From Leptonemataceae bacterium (lineage in GTDB: Bacteria; Spirochaetota; Leptospiria; Leptospirales; Leptonemataceae): 64,000 bases of DNA. The notes beneath the pieces are model-generated. The model was not told the DNA's origin, ran no database searches, and was given only the letters and a program-made list of their open reading frames with translations. The stretch is from assembly GCA_965227295.1 (NCBI GenBank), contig OZ245742.1, forward strand, positions 2,240,001 to 2,304,000, in the 5' to 3' direction. This document shows positions 10,186-20,488 of the stretch, one piece after another (positions within the stretch are counted from its first letter, which is position 1; every line of letters begins with the position of its first letter). The translations under genes and the position numbers were made by a program.

Positions 10186-11097
10186 CTATTCATCCATCTC
10201 CAATGACAAATCCAAAAACCGCGTCGTATGCGTGAGATAGCCCATGCTCACACCGAGTTTGCCGAGGCCGTGCAGTTCCGAAAGTTGTTCCGGTTTCCAG
10301 CCGCCGCTGACCTCGATGAACGGCGCGCGTTTGCCCCGGGCGGTGGCCTGTTGCACCAGTTTGACGGCCTCGCCCACCTGCTGCGCGTTCATATTGTCCA
10401 GCAGCACCACCTCCGGTTCCAGTTCCAGCGCTTCTTTGAGTTGCTCCAGTCGATCCACTTCGACGTCCAGCGGCAGGCCGGGTTTGTGTTCGCGAATGCG
10501 CCGGATGGCCGCGCTTACGCTGCCTGCCGCGGCGACGTGATTGTCCTTGATCATGGCCATGTCGCTCAAATGAATGCGATGGTTCGTGCCGCCGCCGCAG
10601 TAGACCGCGTACTTCGCCAGGCGGCGATAACCGGGCAGGGTCTTGCGCGTATCCAGCACGGCAATGTCCGCGCCGGCCCGGGAGACCGCGGCGGCCGTGC
10701 TGGTGCTGATGCCGCTCAAATATTGTAAAAAGTTCAACATGGGCCGTTCGAGGCGCAGGATGGCGCGCAGGGTGCCGGAGAGTTCCAGCAGGGCGTCGCC
10801 TCTGTCAAAGGTCTCGCCGTCGTTCCGGTGTGGTTGGATCTTCGGAGCCTCCGTCCCCGTGGTTTCCGCGTAGACCGCGCAGAGGCTGTCCACGACGGGA
10901 AGACCGCAGAGCACGCCGGACTCTCGCGCGACGATGCGAGCGCTGCGCCGCTCGGACTCCGGAAAGACGGCCTCGGAGGTCGGATCGCCGTCGGGGGTGT
11001 CCTCGGCCAGGGCGAGGCGGACCAGAGGCTCGCAATCGGCCTGGCTCAGGCTGCGAACGGGTTGCGTGTAGTGCGGGCGAGGGTCCTCGGGAATCAT
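10186..11097 (-). CDS. nadC: Nicotinate-nucleotide pyrophosphorylase (carboxylating)
   Basis: ALAED..GD.T, LDTRKTLPG, NHRIHLSD.AMIKDNH, VEVD, LLDNM and EVSGG motifs. Confidence 0.93.
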   Translation of the reverse strand: MIPEDPRPHYTQPVRSLSQADCEPLVRLALAEDTPDGDPTSEAVFPESERRSARIVARESGVLCGLPVVDSLCAVYAETTGTEAPKIQPHRNDGETFDRGDALLELSGTLRAILRLERPMLNFLQYLSGISTSTAAAVSRAGADIAVLDTRKTLPGYRRLAKYAVYCGGGTNHRIHLSDMAMIKDNHVAAAGSVSAAIRRIREHKPGLPLDVEVDRLEQLKEALELEPEVVLLDNMNAQQVGEAVKLVQQATARGKRAPFIEVSGGWKPEQLSELHGLGKLGVSMGYLTHTTRFLDLSLEMDE

Positions 11098-11224
11098 CGT
11101 AAATGTACTATATTTTTTGGTTGTGCGATTCTGCAAATCCTATACGCTTCGTATGAATGGGAGCAGACGCTCTCAGTAAAACACACACACTTGCTATTAC
11201 GCAACGTCAGCGGGGACACACATT

Positions 11225-11926
11225 ATGTCGGGTCGTTCACAGTTAATTCGGGCCAAATACGTGAAGGGCGAGGCAACCCTGGAGAAAATCCGGGAAGCCT
11301 GTCTGGAAGAGATCATCGCCTTCGGGTATCAGCGCACGAGCGTTTGCGAAATCGTACGTCGCGCGAACCTTACGCGGGGAGCCTTCTATAACTACTGGAC
11401 CTCGCTGGACGACTGCCTGGCCGATCTCATCTCCAACATTCGCGAACTTGTGCAAACCGACGAGGACGCTGTCGAGTTCAGCAAAACCATCGCCGACGAT
11501 CCTTCGGCCACCGTGCGAAAAATCCGCCTGGCGTTCTACAGCTTCGAAGAGAAGCAGTCTCGTTTTCTGCTGCTGCCCCTGGCGTTGTTGCAGGAAAAGA
11601 ACATCGCCAACGAAGAACTCAAGAACATTCTCCGCGACTATCTCATGCGCGTAAAGGGCGAATACGTCGAAGTCATCCAGGCGGATCAGGAAGCGGGCAT
11701 CATCGATCCGGAGCTGGAAGCCGACGTCCTGGCCGTAGCGCTCATGAACTTCTTCAAAGGTATCTTTGAAAAGAACGTGCTCGCCTTCGACGAATTTCGG
11801 GTGCCCATCCGCAAGGCCATGATGCTCTTCCTGGAAAGCTCTCTGTCCACGGACTATCTCAAGGACCACCCCATCCAGGACGTCTTCGAGTTGAAGCAGG
11901 ACACGCAGCCGGCCGCTCCGGCCTGA
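11225..11926 (+). CDS. TetR/AcrR-family transcriptional regulator
   Basis: N-terminal HTH GYQRTSVCEIVRRANLTRGAFYNYW. Confidence 0.85.
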   Translation: MSGRSQLIRAKYVKGEATLEKIREACLEEIIAFGYQRTSVCEIVRRANLTRGAFYNYWTSLDDCLADLISNIRELVQTDEDAVEFSKTIADDPSATVRKIRLAFYSFEEKQSRFLLLPLALLQEKNIANEELKNILRDYLMRVKGEYVEVIQADQEAGIIDPELEADVLAVALMNFFKGIFEKNVLAFDEFRVPIRKAMMLFLESSLSTDYLKDHPIQDVFELKQDTQPAAPA

Positions 11927-11930
11927 GCGA

Positions 11931-12368
11931 TCAGTAGCGTAGCGTGCTCGCGCGTTCCTGTGGAAGTTCGTCGAGTTGCGCTTCCACAAAGCGCCGTTGC
12001 CCGTCCGGCCGGCGCACAATCAGCTCCAGGGCATCGCCCGGCCGCATGGATCGGATGCGACGTTGCAGTCCGGTTCCGTCGTAGACCGGCTCACCGCCGG
12101 CCATGGTAATCACGTCGCCCACCTGCAGGCCGGCCCGCTCCGCCGGACTTTGCGGCAGGACTTCAATGACCCGCGCGCCCATGCCCCGGGCGTCACCGCT
12201 GACGTAGAGTATTCCCAGATAAGCCGGTCCGCGGCGCACGGGACTGTGCTCCACCGCAGGTTCGGCCGGCGGAGGCGCGCTCCGGCACGCGCCGGCGCAG
12301 AGCAATGCCGTGAGCAGGGCCGCTGCCAGGCCCGACCAGGGAAGAGATTTGTACGATGAGACGGCCAC
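11931..12368 (-). CDS. PDZ-domain lipoprotein
   Basis: Signal peptide with LCAGAC; YLGI...VIEVLPQSPAERAGLQVGDVI PDZ signature. Confidence 0.8.
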   Translation of the reverse strand: MAVSSYKSLPWSGLAAALLTALLCAGACRSAPPPAEPAVEHSPVRRGPAYLGILYVSGDARGMGARVIEVLPQSPAERAGLQVGDVITMAGGEPVYDGTGLQRRIRSMRPGDALELIVRRPDGQRRFVEAQLDELPQERASTLRY

Positions 12369-12447
12369 GAGTCGATCCTCCGGAAGACCGCGGTGCGTGC
12401 GGCCTGCTGGAGGTAGGATCGTCCGAACGGCCAGGGAGCTTTACGAC

Positions 12448-12702
12448 TCAGCGCCGCTGCGCGCGGGCTTTTTTCTTCTTTTTTGCGGCTTTCTTTTTGG
12501 CCGTTTTCTTTTTCGCGACGGCCGGTTTACGCTTCAGTGGTCGCCGGCGCGGCTTCGGCCAATTCTTGCGGTGGGCCTGGTCGGAAATGGCTTTCGGGGT
12601 AACGCCGTAGCGGGGTGCGATTTCCGCCGGCTCCGACCCGGATCGATAGGCCTTTTCGATCGCCTGTTTTTGTTGCGGGGTAAGATCTGCCCAGTATTTC
12701 AC
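12448..12702 (-). CDS. Small HTH protein with Lys/Ala-rich basic tail
   Basis: AYRSG...AEIAPRYGVTPKAISDQAHRKNW helix-turn-helix, then KKKTAKKKAAKKKKK; GTG start after GGAG. Confidence 0.6.
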   Translation of the reverse strand: MKYWADLTPQQKQAIEKAYRSGSEPAEIAPRYGVTPKAISDQAHRKNWPKPRRRPLKRKPAVAKKKTAKKKAAKKKKKARAQRR

Positions 12703-12893
12703 TTTCGCTTGCTCCGATGGTTCTTGTTTGTCGCTGGACCGCTAAGTTATAGTGCTTTGTGATTAGTTTATGTTGCGCTAACTAAATGTTAACAAAAAGC
12801 AATTCTTGACTGCGGATTTCACTTTCAGTAGACGAAAAATCCCTGCGTTCCCCGCGTTTTCGGCGGCGGAATTCCGCTGGAAATTCTACGGCC

Positions 12894-14435
12894 GTGTCGC
12901 AGCCTGTGTCCGTGCCAGATGCCAGGACCATCCAGACCGTTCTCATTGCAAACCGCGGCGAGATCGCCGTGCGTGTCATCCGTACCTGCCGCAGCCTGGG
13001 CCTGCGTACGGTCGCAGTGTACTCGGACGCCGACCGCGACATGCCCCATGTCCGCCTCGCCGACGAATCCGTACACATCGGCCCCCCGGAGGCGGGGCAG
13101 TCCTATCTCGACGTGGAGCGTATTCTGCAAGCGTGCCGCAGTTCCGGGGCGGATGCGGTGCATCCCGGCTACGGTTTTCTGTCGGAGAACGCCGGTTTCG
13201 CCCGGGCCCTGGACGAGGCCGGCATCGTATTCATTGGTCCGCGGCCGGATACCATCGAACGCATGGGGGACAAGATCCGCGCGCGGCAGATTATGGAGGC
13301 GAGCGGCGTGCCGGTGGTCCCGGGGTATCACGACGGCGCGCAGGACGAGGCCGCCCTGGTGAAGGAAGCCGAGCGTATCGGATATCCGGTGATGATCAAG
13401 GCGTCGGCGGGCGGCGGCGGCCGCGGCATGCGCGTGGTGCAGAACGCCGGCGACTTTGGTGCGGCTCTCGAGAGCGCGCGCCGCGAAGCGCAGAACGCCT
13501 TCGGCGACGACCGGGTCTTCCTGGAAAAGTTCGTCACCGCGCCGCGGCACATCGAGATCCAGGTCTTCGGCGACAGTCACGGGAACATCGTGCATCTCTT
13601 CGAGCGCGAGTGTTCCATCCAGCGGCGGCACCAGAAGGTCATCGAAGAGAGCCCGAGCCCGGCCCTGGACGAGGCCTCGCGTGAGGCGATGGCGAAGGCC
13701 GCGGTGGAAGCGGCCCGGGCCGTGGACTACCTCGGCGCCGGGACGGTGGAGTTCATTTACTCGGACGAAAGCCGCAGCTTTTATTTTCTCGAGATGAATA
13801 CGCGCCTGCAGGTGGAGCATCCCGTTACGGAACTCGTGACCGGTACGGATCTCGTGGCGGAACAGATTCGCGCGGCCGCGGGTCTGCCGCTTTCGTTTAC
13901 GCAAGCGGATCTCAGCCAGAGCGGTCACGCCATCGAAGCGCGGTTGTACGCGGAGGACCCGGCGAAGAACTTCCTGCCCTCCACGGGCCGCGTCCACGTC
14001 TTTGATCCTGCCGCGGGGGAGGGCGTGCGTGTGGACGGCGGTGTGGAGAGCGGGGACGAGATTTCGATTTATTATGATCCCATGGCCGCGAAGATCATCG
14101 CCCACGGCGCGAACCGCGCGGAGGCGATCGATCGTTTGTTGCGGGCGCTGCGCGAGACGGTGTTCTTCGGGCCGGCGAACAACTTAACCTTTCTTCAGGA
14201 AGTGTTAGCGCACCGGGATTTTCGGGCCGGCAAGTTTACCACGGGTTTCCTGGATCAGCACTTCGCCGGCTGGCGCGGCCCGGTGCTCTCGCCGGCGCAA
14301 CGCGAGACGGCGCGACTCGCGGCGGGTTTGTTGTTCTTTGAAGGCGCGGCCAATGAACCGGCGGCGAGTGTGGCGAACACCGGCGGCGACGTGGCGCCGT
14401 GGCACGATCTGGAAGGTTTTGCGTTGTGGTCTTGA
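12894..14435 (+). CDS. Acyl-CoA carboxylase, biotin carboxylase subunit
   Basis: LIANRGEIA, HPGYGFLSEN, KASAGGGGRGM, ERECSIQRRHQK and EMNTRLQVEHPVTE. Confidence 0.95.
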   Translation: MSQPVSVPDARTIQTVLIANRGEIAVRVIRTCRSLGLRTVAVYSDADRDMPHVRLADESVHIGPPEAGQSYLDVERILQACRSSGADAVHPGYGFLSENAGFARALDEAGIVFIGPRPDTIERMGDKIRARQIMEASGVPVVPGYHDGAQDEAALVKEAERIGYPVMIKASAGGGGRGMRVVQNAGDFGAALESARREAQNAFGDDRVFLEKFVTAPRHIEIQVFGDSHGNIVHLFERECSIQRRHQKVIEESPSPALDEASREAMAKAAVEAARAVDYLGAGTVEFIYSDESRSFYFLEMNTRLQVEHPVTELVTGTDLVAEQIRAAAGLPLSFTQADLSQSGHAIEARLYAEDPAKNFLPSTGRVHVFDPAAGEGVRVDGGVESGDEISIYYDPMAAKIIAHGANRAEAIDRLLRALRETVFFGPANNLTFLQEVLAHRDFRAGKFTTGFLDQHFAGWRGPVLSPAQRETARLAAGLLFFEGAANEPAASVANTGGDVAPWHDLEGFALWS

Positions 14436-14466
14436 TGTTTGTCTTCGGCACTGCCTGAGTGCGAAG

Positions 14467-17109
14467 TTACCCGCGTGTTTCTTCGCAAAGATCGCGGAGG
14501 CGGCGCAGGTTTTCGTTGAGGGGATGAACAGACAGGCCGTACTCAAGGAGAGCGACGGCCCGGTCCGTGTTGCCCTGGAGTCGATACGCATCCGCCAGGT
14601 TCAGTAAATTGCGCAGATCATCCGGTTGTCGCAGGCGGAGGCGTTCGCCCTGGTCCACAGCCTCTGCGAACTTGTGCGTATGCTTCAGGGCCCGGGACAG
14701 GGCGTAGAGACTCCGGTTGTCGGCGGGGGCCGCGGTGATGCGACGCAGCAGTACCGGCACGGCTTCCTCGTAACGCTTGAGTCGCAGTAGCAAGCGACCG
14801 TAGAGACCGTCGGTTTCGCCGCCCGACGCGATATTTTTTACTTCCTTGCGGATCAGCTCCGCGGCTTCGGCCGTGCGGCCGGCGTCCAGGTATTCCTTCG
14901 CCTGACGGCGGAGTTCGCCTTCCCGGTCGGGCACGGAATCAGGACCCATTGGCTTTTCTTGCGTGTACTCCAGTCGCAGGAGTGACAGATCGTCCGTAAG
15001 TTCACCGGCCTTATGCAGGGCCTCCCGGACGGCGTGCAGGGAGGCCCCGGAGGCTTCGACGTGACGGAGGAAGGCCTGTTCATCTTCGTTCATGATTCGA
15101 AGGCCGGCGTCGTCGTGGCCGAGCGCGAGGTCGTCCCGGCCGTCCGAGCCGGCGATCAGTACATCCCCGCTGTGCAGGGCGCAGAGGTTTACGCAGCATA
15201 CGAAGGATTGCAGGCCCTCGGCCATGCCGACCTTCCAGAGGATGCGTTCCTCCGGGAGGAAGCTCGCGTGTCCCTCGCGATACAAAACGAGGCGCGGGTG
15301 CTCAGAATTTACGTAGTACGTAAGACCGGTCGAGTGTTCCGCGAGGCCGAAGAGCATCGAGACCATCATATGTCCGTCGAAGGAAGTGAACACGCTCTGT
15401 AGTTCGGTGTAGCAGTCGCGCAGCCACTGTTCGGGATAGCGATCCCTGGCCGCTGCGGATAGTTGCGTGCGGGTGACGACGGCCTTAAAGACCGTACCCA
15501 GGACCAGCGCCCCGCCCGCGCCCTGCACGGATTTTCCCATGGCGTCGCCGTTCAGGAAGACCGTATACGCGCGATCCTTGAGATGGATCGTGTAGACCGC
15601 GCAGAGATCGCCGCCCAGCTCGGACTTCCACTTCCGAAAGCGGAACTTCTTTTTTTGCTCTGTGAGCAGATCGATGCGCACGGAGGACGTCGTGTTGCGC
15701 GCGTGATTGCCACCGAGCGGTTGCACGAGGAGCGATGTGAGAAAGTAGTCCCCGTCCTGCTGAACCTTAAGCGTGCGAATCTCCTCCAGGGAGTCGTTCA
15801 GACGGCGAGTGCGTTCCTCGACCTTCTCTTCGAGATTCTGGTTCAGGTCCTCCACGGTTTCATGGAGACGGACGAAACGATTCGCCAGGATGCTCGCCAA
15901 CGAGATGAAGAACCCCAGGAAAAAGTAGCTCATCAGATCCGGCAAATTCAGTACGCCGTGAGACGTTAAGTTTTCCAGAACAAAACCTACGACGATCAAC
16001 AAAAATCCGCCGAGCATGTAAAGGGCGTCGCGGTCCCCCTGGAAAGCCCGGCGGAGCAGGATCGCCGCGATACCGCTGAGATAGAGGAGCCACAGAGGCA
16101 GGATGAAGCGGGATTGCAGCAGCCACCACGTCGCCGCGGATTCACTGATGTACAGCACGGCGGTGAATATCGCGATCAGTGCCGTCACAGCCAGGATGAA
16201 ACGGTCCCAGACGCGAACGTCCCGGCTTGCACGTAAGCGAAAAAAGAAGCGTACGAAATAATAAAAGAGCGGAACGAGTGAGAAGAGCAGCGTGTATTCC
16301 AGGCGCTTGGAAGTCGCAAAGTCCAGGCCGATCTCGTACTTGATCTGGGTACGTAAAAGTTGGTAGCATGCGTAGGCCAGGGTGAAGCCGCCGAAAAACA
16401 GATTTTCTCGACCCCGCCGCCGACGCAAAAAGAGAAAGAGAAAGTAACCGCCCGCGGTGAGGTATACGGCCTGGAGGACGAGGGCAGTAAAGTCCTCCCG
16501 TGTTTGCGAACGATGCAGCACGGACGTCGGACCGATACCGGTGGTGTCATGGATAATACCCGCCTGCCGGCGAGTGTAGGCGCGGACGTGGACGAGCAGT
16601 ATGTTCACGTCCGCGCGCAGAAGTTCCTGCGGGGGATCGTAGACGCGCCGGCGATCGTAAGCTTCGGCGGTACTCGCATCCCATCGCCCGGTACTTCCTA
16701 TCAGCCGGCCGTTGAGATAGGTGCGATCCCGGTCGTCGATCTCACCGAGGCGAATGGACACCGGTCGCCGCGGATTGGACGTGAGTCGAAAGAGCTTCAG
16801 ATACCAGAATTCCCGCCGGGTTCCCAGGTCCACCGGGGCAGGGACAGACACGCGTTCCCATCCCGGCCCGGGAGTCTTGCCGGTTCTCAGTCGTTCGCGG
16901 ATTGCGGCGGAGAGTTTTGCGGCGTCGGTGTCCGCGGCCAGGTCGCGGTGATACCACCAGGTATGCGGCGGGGCGTTGAACGAAACCATGGATGATTCCA
17001 CTCGCTCGTCCACGACCTGGACGGCCGTCGCTTCCTGGGCCGCGATGTTTGTCGACGGGATGGCGATGCCGAGCATTGCCGGCAGCAGGATTTGCAAGTG
17101 TGTCTTCAA
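14467..17109 (-). CDS. Membrane sensor with SpoIIE/PP2C phosphatase domain and C-terminal TPRs
   Basis: Sugar-binding-like N-terminal domain (LGEIDDRDRTYLNG), about 7 TM helices, QQDGDYFLTSLL, LGGDLC, GDAMGKS, GSDGRDD and DDLSL. Confidence 0.85.
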   Translation of the reverse strand: MKTHLQILLPAMLGIAIPSTNIAAQEATAVQVVDERVESSMVSFNAPPHTWWYHRDLAADTDAAKLSAAIRERLRTGKTPGPGWERVSVPAPVDLGTRREFWYLKLFRLTSNPRRPVSIRLGEIDDRDRTYLNGRLIGSTGRWDASTAEAYDRRRVYDPPQELLRADVNILLVHVRAYTRRQAGIIHDTTGIGPTSVLHRSQTREDFTALVLQAVYLTAGGYFLFLFLRRRRGRENLFFGGFTLAYACYQLLRTQIKYEIGLDFATSKRLEYTLLFSLVPLFYYFVRFFFRLRASRDVRVWDRFILAVTALIAIFTAVLYISESAATWWLLQSRFILPLWLLYLSGIAAILLRRAFQGDRDALYMLGGFLLIVVGFVLENLTSHGVLNLPDLMSYFFLGFFISLASILANRFVRLHETVEDLNQNLEEKVEERTRRLNDSLEEIRTLKVQQDGDYFLTSLLVQPLGGNHARNTTSSVRIDLLTEQKKKFRFRKWKSELGGDLCAVYTIHLKDRAYTVFLNGDAMGKSVQGAGGALVLGTVFKAVVTRTQLSAAARDRYPEQWLRDCYTELQSVFTSFDGHMMVSMLFGLAEHSTGLTYYVNSEHPRLVLYREGHASFLPEERILWKVGMAEGLQSFVCCVNLCALHSGDVLIAGSDGRDDLALGHDDAGLRIMNEDEQAFLRHVEASGASLHAVREALHKAGELTDDLSLLRLEYTQEKPMGPDSVPDREGELRRQAKEYLDAGRTAEAAELIRKEVKNIASGGETDGLYGRLLLRLKRYEEAVPVLLRRITAAPADNRSLYALSRALKHTHKFAEAVDQGERLRLRQPDDLRNLLNLADAYRLQGNTDRAVALLEYGLSVHPLNENLRRLRDLCEETRG

Positions 17110-19253
17110 CTGAAGTACTTCACCAGCGTAACCTGATTCCCTTTATCGTTGTAGCGCACCACGTCGAAGATGTTGCGCGTCATGGTTACGCCGCGGCCGT
17201 GGGCGAGGCCTTCTTTGTTGGGATCGTCGGGGCTCTTGTGAAACAGGCCCTGGTGATCGAAGCCGTCGCCCTCGTCGGTGATGCGATAAAACACGCGTCG
17301 CCGATTTAACGAGTAGAGCACCGTGATCTTACGATCGCGGAAGCGCGGGTCCTTCTGCCGTTCCAGCAAGAACTTCACGTACTGCTCGCGATCCGTAAGG
17401 GCCGTCTTCTCTTCGTACGAAACGGCGAGGTTGCCGTGTTCGACGGCGTTGATGAGCATCTCGCGCAGGCAGATGTGCACGCCCATGATGTTCGAGCCGT
17501 CGGTGTACTTCGAAAGGTTTTTGGTGAGACGTTCACTGAGCAGGTCGACGATGTTCAGGAAGTTGCCGATGACGTGCTGCTGCCGTTCGGCTTCGATGAA
17601 ACGTATGAGACTATCGTCCAGGATCGTGCCGGCCTTGCCGAAGACCACGGTACTGCCGTCGGATTCTCCGGCGTCGACGCGTTCCAGACGCACCTCCAGT
17701 TGTCGCGGTTCGCCCAGGTGCGTCGCGAACTCGGCCTTGAAGTTCGCGCTCTTGCCGGAGCGCCGCACGTTTTCAAATTCCTGGCGAATGAGATCGCGCT
17801 GAAAATCGGTGCCGGGCAGGATCTCCTCCAGCTCCGGCGATCGATACAGTAAATCGAAGAACGGCCGGCCGATGAGGTCCGCGGGTTTGATGCCCAGTTG
17901 CGTGCGGATGGCGCGGTTCGCCGTAAGAAAGAGGCCGTCGCCGTTGAGTGAAAATATGATGTCGCCGGTGGACTCGACCAGGTGTTTGTACTTGCGTTCG
18001 GAACGACGAACGTCCTGGCCGGCGTGGCGCAGATCTTCCAGGCGTTTCTTAAGATCCAGGCGGAGTACGTTAATGCGGTCGGCGATGCCCAGGGAGAGCA
18101 GCACGATCTGCGCCAGCACGCCGATGTGCATGCCCCAGGTACTCAAGAATCCGTCCGGCAGTAGCGCGAAGGTCTTGAGGCTGTAGAGCAGGATGCCCGT
18201 GAGCAGGGCGAACCAGGAAATCGTATAAAAGATCGCCGTTCGCCGGCGATGATAGACGTTCACGAGGGCCGCCGCGAGGATCGCCATGGCTCCGAATACC
18301 GCGAGGGCCGTGGACGCGATGATGCTCCAGGCGTACGGCACGAACAACGAAACGGGAGCGGCCACGAGGGTTATGCGCCACAACCAGAGGATCAGCGTGT
18401 TCAAACGCGGCGTGCGCCGGAGCCGTTCGAGGTACGTCCACGCAAACAGCAGGCCGGTGACGTAACCCAGGTGAATGAAAAACGGCAACGAACGATTGGC
18501 CCAGACGACCCAGTCCGGCCAGAGATACTGAAACGCGAGGCCGTCCAGCGTGAAGAGAAACAGATAGATCGCCGCCAGGTACAGGACGTAGTAAATGATC
18601 GCGCGTTCGCGGACCGAAAGAAACAGCAGCAGATTGAAGACGAACATGACCAGGATGATCGAATAAAACGTCGTGAAGAAGCGGTTCTCGCGTTCCGCGT
18701 GCCGGCGAAAGCCGTCCTCGCTCCACAGTCGCAGCGGTAGCAGGACCGCGCTGTCCGTACTCACACGGACGTAGTACTCCGCCGATGCGCCGGCCGGAAT
18801 CCGCAGAGGAAAGACCACGTTGCGATGCTGCACCGAACGTTCGCGAAACGGCAGCAGGTCGCCGCCGCGTTGCACGGAACCGTCCGGGGCGTGGAGTTCG
18901 ATGCTGTCGAGCATGGGATACGCGAACTCCAGGAGCAGGCGTCGTTCCACATTCGGCGCGGGGTTTTGAATCGTGAAGCGCGCCCAGTACGGCGACGTGC
19001 TGAATCCGAAGGACGGCCGTTTTTCTTGCGGCCGGCGAAACCACTGCGACGGCGGGAGGTTTTGCACGTCCGCGAGAGTTGCCGTGCCGCGGACGTCCTC
19101 GTGGATTTCCAGGTGCGGGCCGAGGATCAGCGGGTTTTGCTGCTCCGCCGACGGGGCGGTGAGGGCCTGCGCGAAAACGCCGCCGCTCGATACACTGCTG
19201 CATGCAAGAACTGCGAAAAAGAGCGTGCTTCCTGTAAGGTTCCGGCGTCTCAT
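17106..19253 (-). CDS. 7TM-DISM sensor with PAS and RsbW-like HATPase (anti-sigma-factor kinase) domain
   Basis: SFGFSTSPYWARF / YPMLDSIEL (7TMR-DISMED2), 7TM region, PAS (LVESTGDIIFSL), EMLINAVEHGN, ITDEGDGFD and HGRG. Confidence 0.85.
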   Translation of the reverse strand: MRRRNLTGSTLFFAVLACSSVSSGGVFAQALTAPSAEQQNPLILGPHLEIHEDVRGTATLADVQNLPPSQWFRRPQEKRPSFGFSTSPYWARFTIQNPAPNVERRLLLEFAYPMLDSIELHAPDGSVQRGGDLLPFRERSVQHRNVVFPLRIPAGASAEYYVRVSTDSAVLLPLRLWSEDGFRRHAERENRFFTTFYSIILVMFVFNLLLFLSVRERAIIYYVLYLAAIYLFLFTLDGLAFQYLWPDWVVWANRSLPFFIHLGYVTGLLFAWTYLERLRRTPRLNTLILWLWRITLVAAPVSLFVPYAWSIIASTALAVFGAMAILAAALVNVYHRRRTAIFYTISWFALLTGILLYSLKTFALLPDGFLSTWGMHIGVLAQIVLLSLGIADRINVLRLDLKKRLEDLRHAGQDVRRSERKYKHLVESTGDIIFSLNGDGLFLTANRAIRTQLGIKPADLIGRPFFDLLYRSPELEEILPGTDFQRDLIRQEFENVRRSGKSANFKAEFATHLGEPRQLEVRLERVDAGESDGSTVVFGKAGTILDDSLIRFIEAERQQHVIGNFLNIVDLLSERLTKNLSKYTDGSNIMGVHICLREMLINAVEHGNLAVSYEEKTALTDREQYVKFLLERQKDPRFRDRKITVLYSLNRRRVFYRITDEGDGFDHQGLFHKSPDDPNKEGLAHGRGVTMTRNIFDVVRYNDKGNQVTLVKYFS

Positions 19254-19320
19254 TGGCGGCGGTGGGTGCGAGTTGTAACGGCCGGCAAATCATCCTACAA
19301 GATATTTTTCCGCGCCGCGG

Positions 19321-20478
19321 ATGATTTTCCCGTCGATATTGGGAGTATCGGTGAGTGGTCTGAAGAATGTATTACTCATCGGCGGTGCGCTGGCATTGAA
19401 TGCCTGTCTCGCAGCCGCCTCCGTGCCCTGCGGAGAAACCAACGCCTGCGATAATCTTTCTTTCGCGGCGGCCTACTACATCGCCGCCACCGCGCCCTAC
19501 GAAACGCCGGACTGCGGTACTTACGATCCCGCCGAACAACTGCAAAGCGGGGAGATTCTGAACTCCGCCCTGGAACAGGCCGGCATCGACTCCCGGCGGC
19601 TCGCTTCCAGTCTGGACGACTCCGTGCTGATGCGACCGCTGCATCTTGTCGGTTGCCGGGCGCTTACGTCCACGCGCAATACCGTCATCAACGGCGTCGC
19701 CCAGAGTGAGATCGTACACCGCCGAACCTTTCACGCGAACGGACTGACCGAAACACTGTCACAGTTTACGAACGGCAGCACGGATCAGATTGACGACGTG
19801 GTGGTGATTGATCCGGCGACGGGATTGATGACCTACCGAACGACGAGCTGCCCGAATACGAACGTCGGTCATGTGATTGTTGAGATCCGTTACGATTCGC
19901 GCCGGCGCGTTTCGATCTTTCGCACCGTGCAGCCCGAGTTTTGCTTTAACGCCGCGACGACTTCCACTTCGACGTACGTTACGACGGAGTACCGGGACAG
20001 CGACGCCCTGCCGGATCGGATTACGTTTGCGTCGCGGGTGGTGGACAGCGACGTTTCGGACATCACCGTCAACGCGACGGTGGACTTCGCCTACACGCGG
20101 GACGCCTGGAATCGCGTTACGGCCTCGGCGAAACAGAACTCCTTCGACGTGTCGATCTTCGTGGTGTCTACGTCGAGCACCGTCGCGAGCAGTGACAGCG
20201 AATCCTGGAATTTCGCTTACAGCTATGAGGATTCCGGTCTCCTCGCGTCGCAGTCGATTTCCAGGTTCGTGAATTCCACGGGGATCACCACCACGGGGGA
20301 TGTGGTCTTTGAGTATGCGGACGGCGGGCGGGTGAAGAAGATCTCGGCGGTTTCCTCGAACGGGACGAGCCTTACGGATTCCTACACTTACAACAGCGAC
20401 GGTAACGTTACGCGGCGCGATGTTTCCGGGGAAAGCACGGGCACCGTCTCCTCGGCCACGGTCACGTATACGTACTGA
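19321..20478 (+). CDS. Secreted Ser/Thr-rich hypothetical protein with YD-repeat-like strands (start uncertain)
   Basis: Hydrophobic N-terminus with Cys residues; motifs such as RYDSRRRV, YTRDAWNRV, YADGGRV and YNSDGNV. Confidence 0.6.
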   Translation: MIFPSILGVSVSGLKNVLLIGGALALNACLAAASVPCGETNACDNLSFAAAYYIAATAPYETPDCGTYDPAEQLQSGEILNSALEQAGIDSRRLASSLDDSVLMRPLHLVGCRALTSTRNTVINGVAQSEIVHRRTFHANGLTETLSQFTNGSTDQIDDVVVIDPATGLMTYRTTSCPNTNVGHVIVEIRYDSRRRVSIFRTVQPEFCFNAATTSTSTYVTTEYRDSDALPDRITFASRVVDSDVSDITVNATVDFAYTRDAWNRVTASAKQNSFDVSIFVVSTSSTVASSDSESWNFAYSYEDSGLLASQSISRFVNSTGITTTGDVVFEYADGGRVKKISAVSSNGTSLTDSYTYNSDGNVTRRDVSGESTGTVSSATVTYTY

Positions 20479-20488
20479 TTCATTTATT

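Noticed and set aside
12448..12702. Prophage inferred from the terminase-like HTH
   Set aside because: No large terminase, portal, capsid or integrase genes nearby
4477..14105. Long antisense or alternate-frame ORFs (e.g. 4477-5598, 5871-7400, 12825-14105)
   Set aside because: They shadow genes with clear family motifs, have no motifs of their own, and are expected in high-GC DNA
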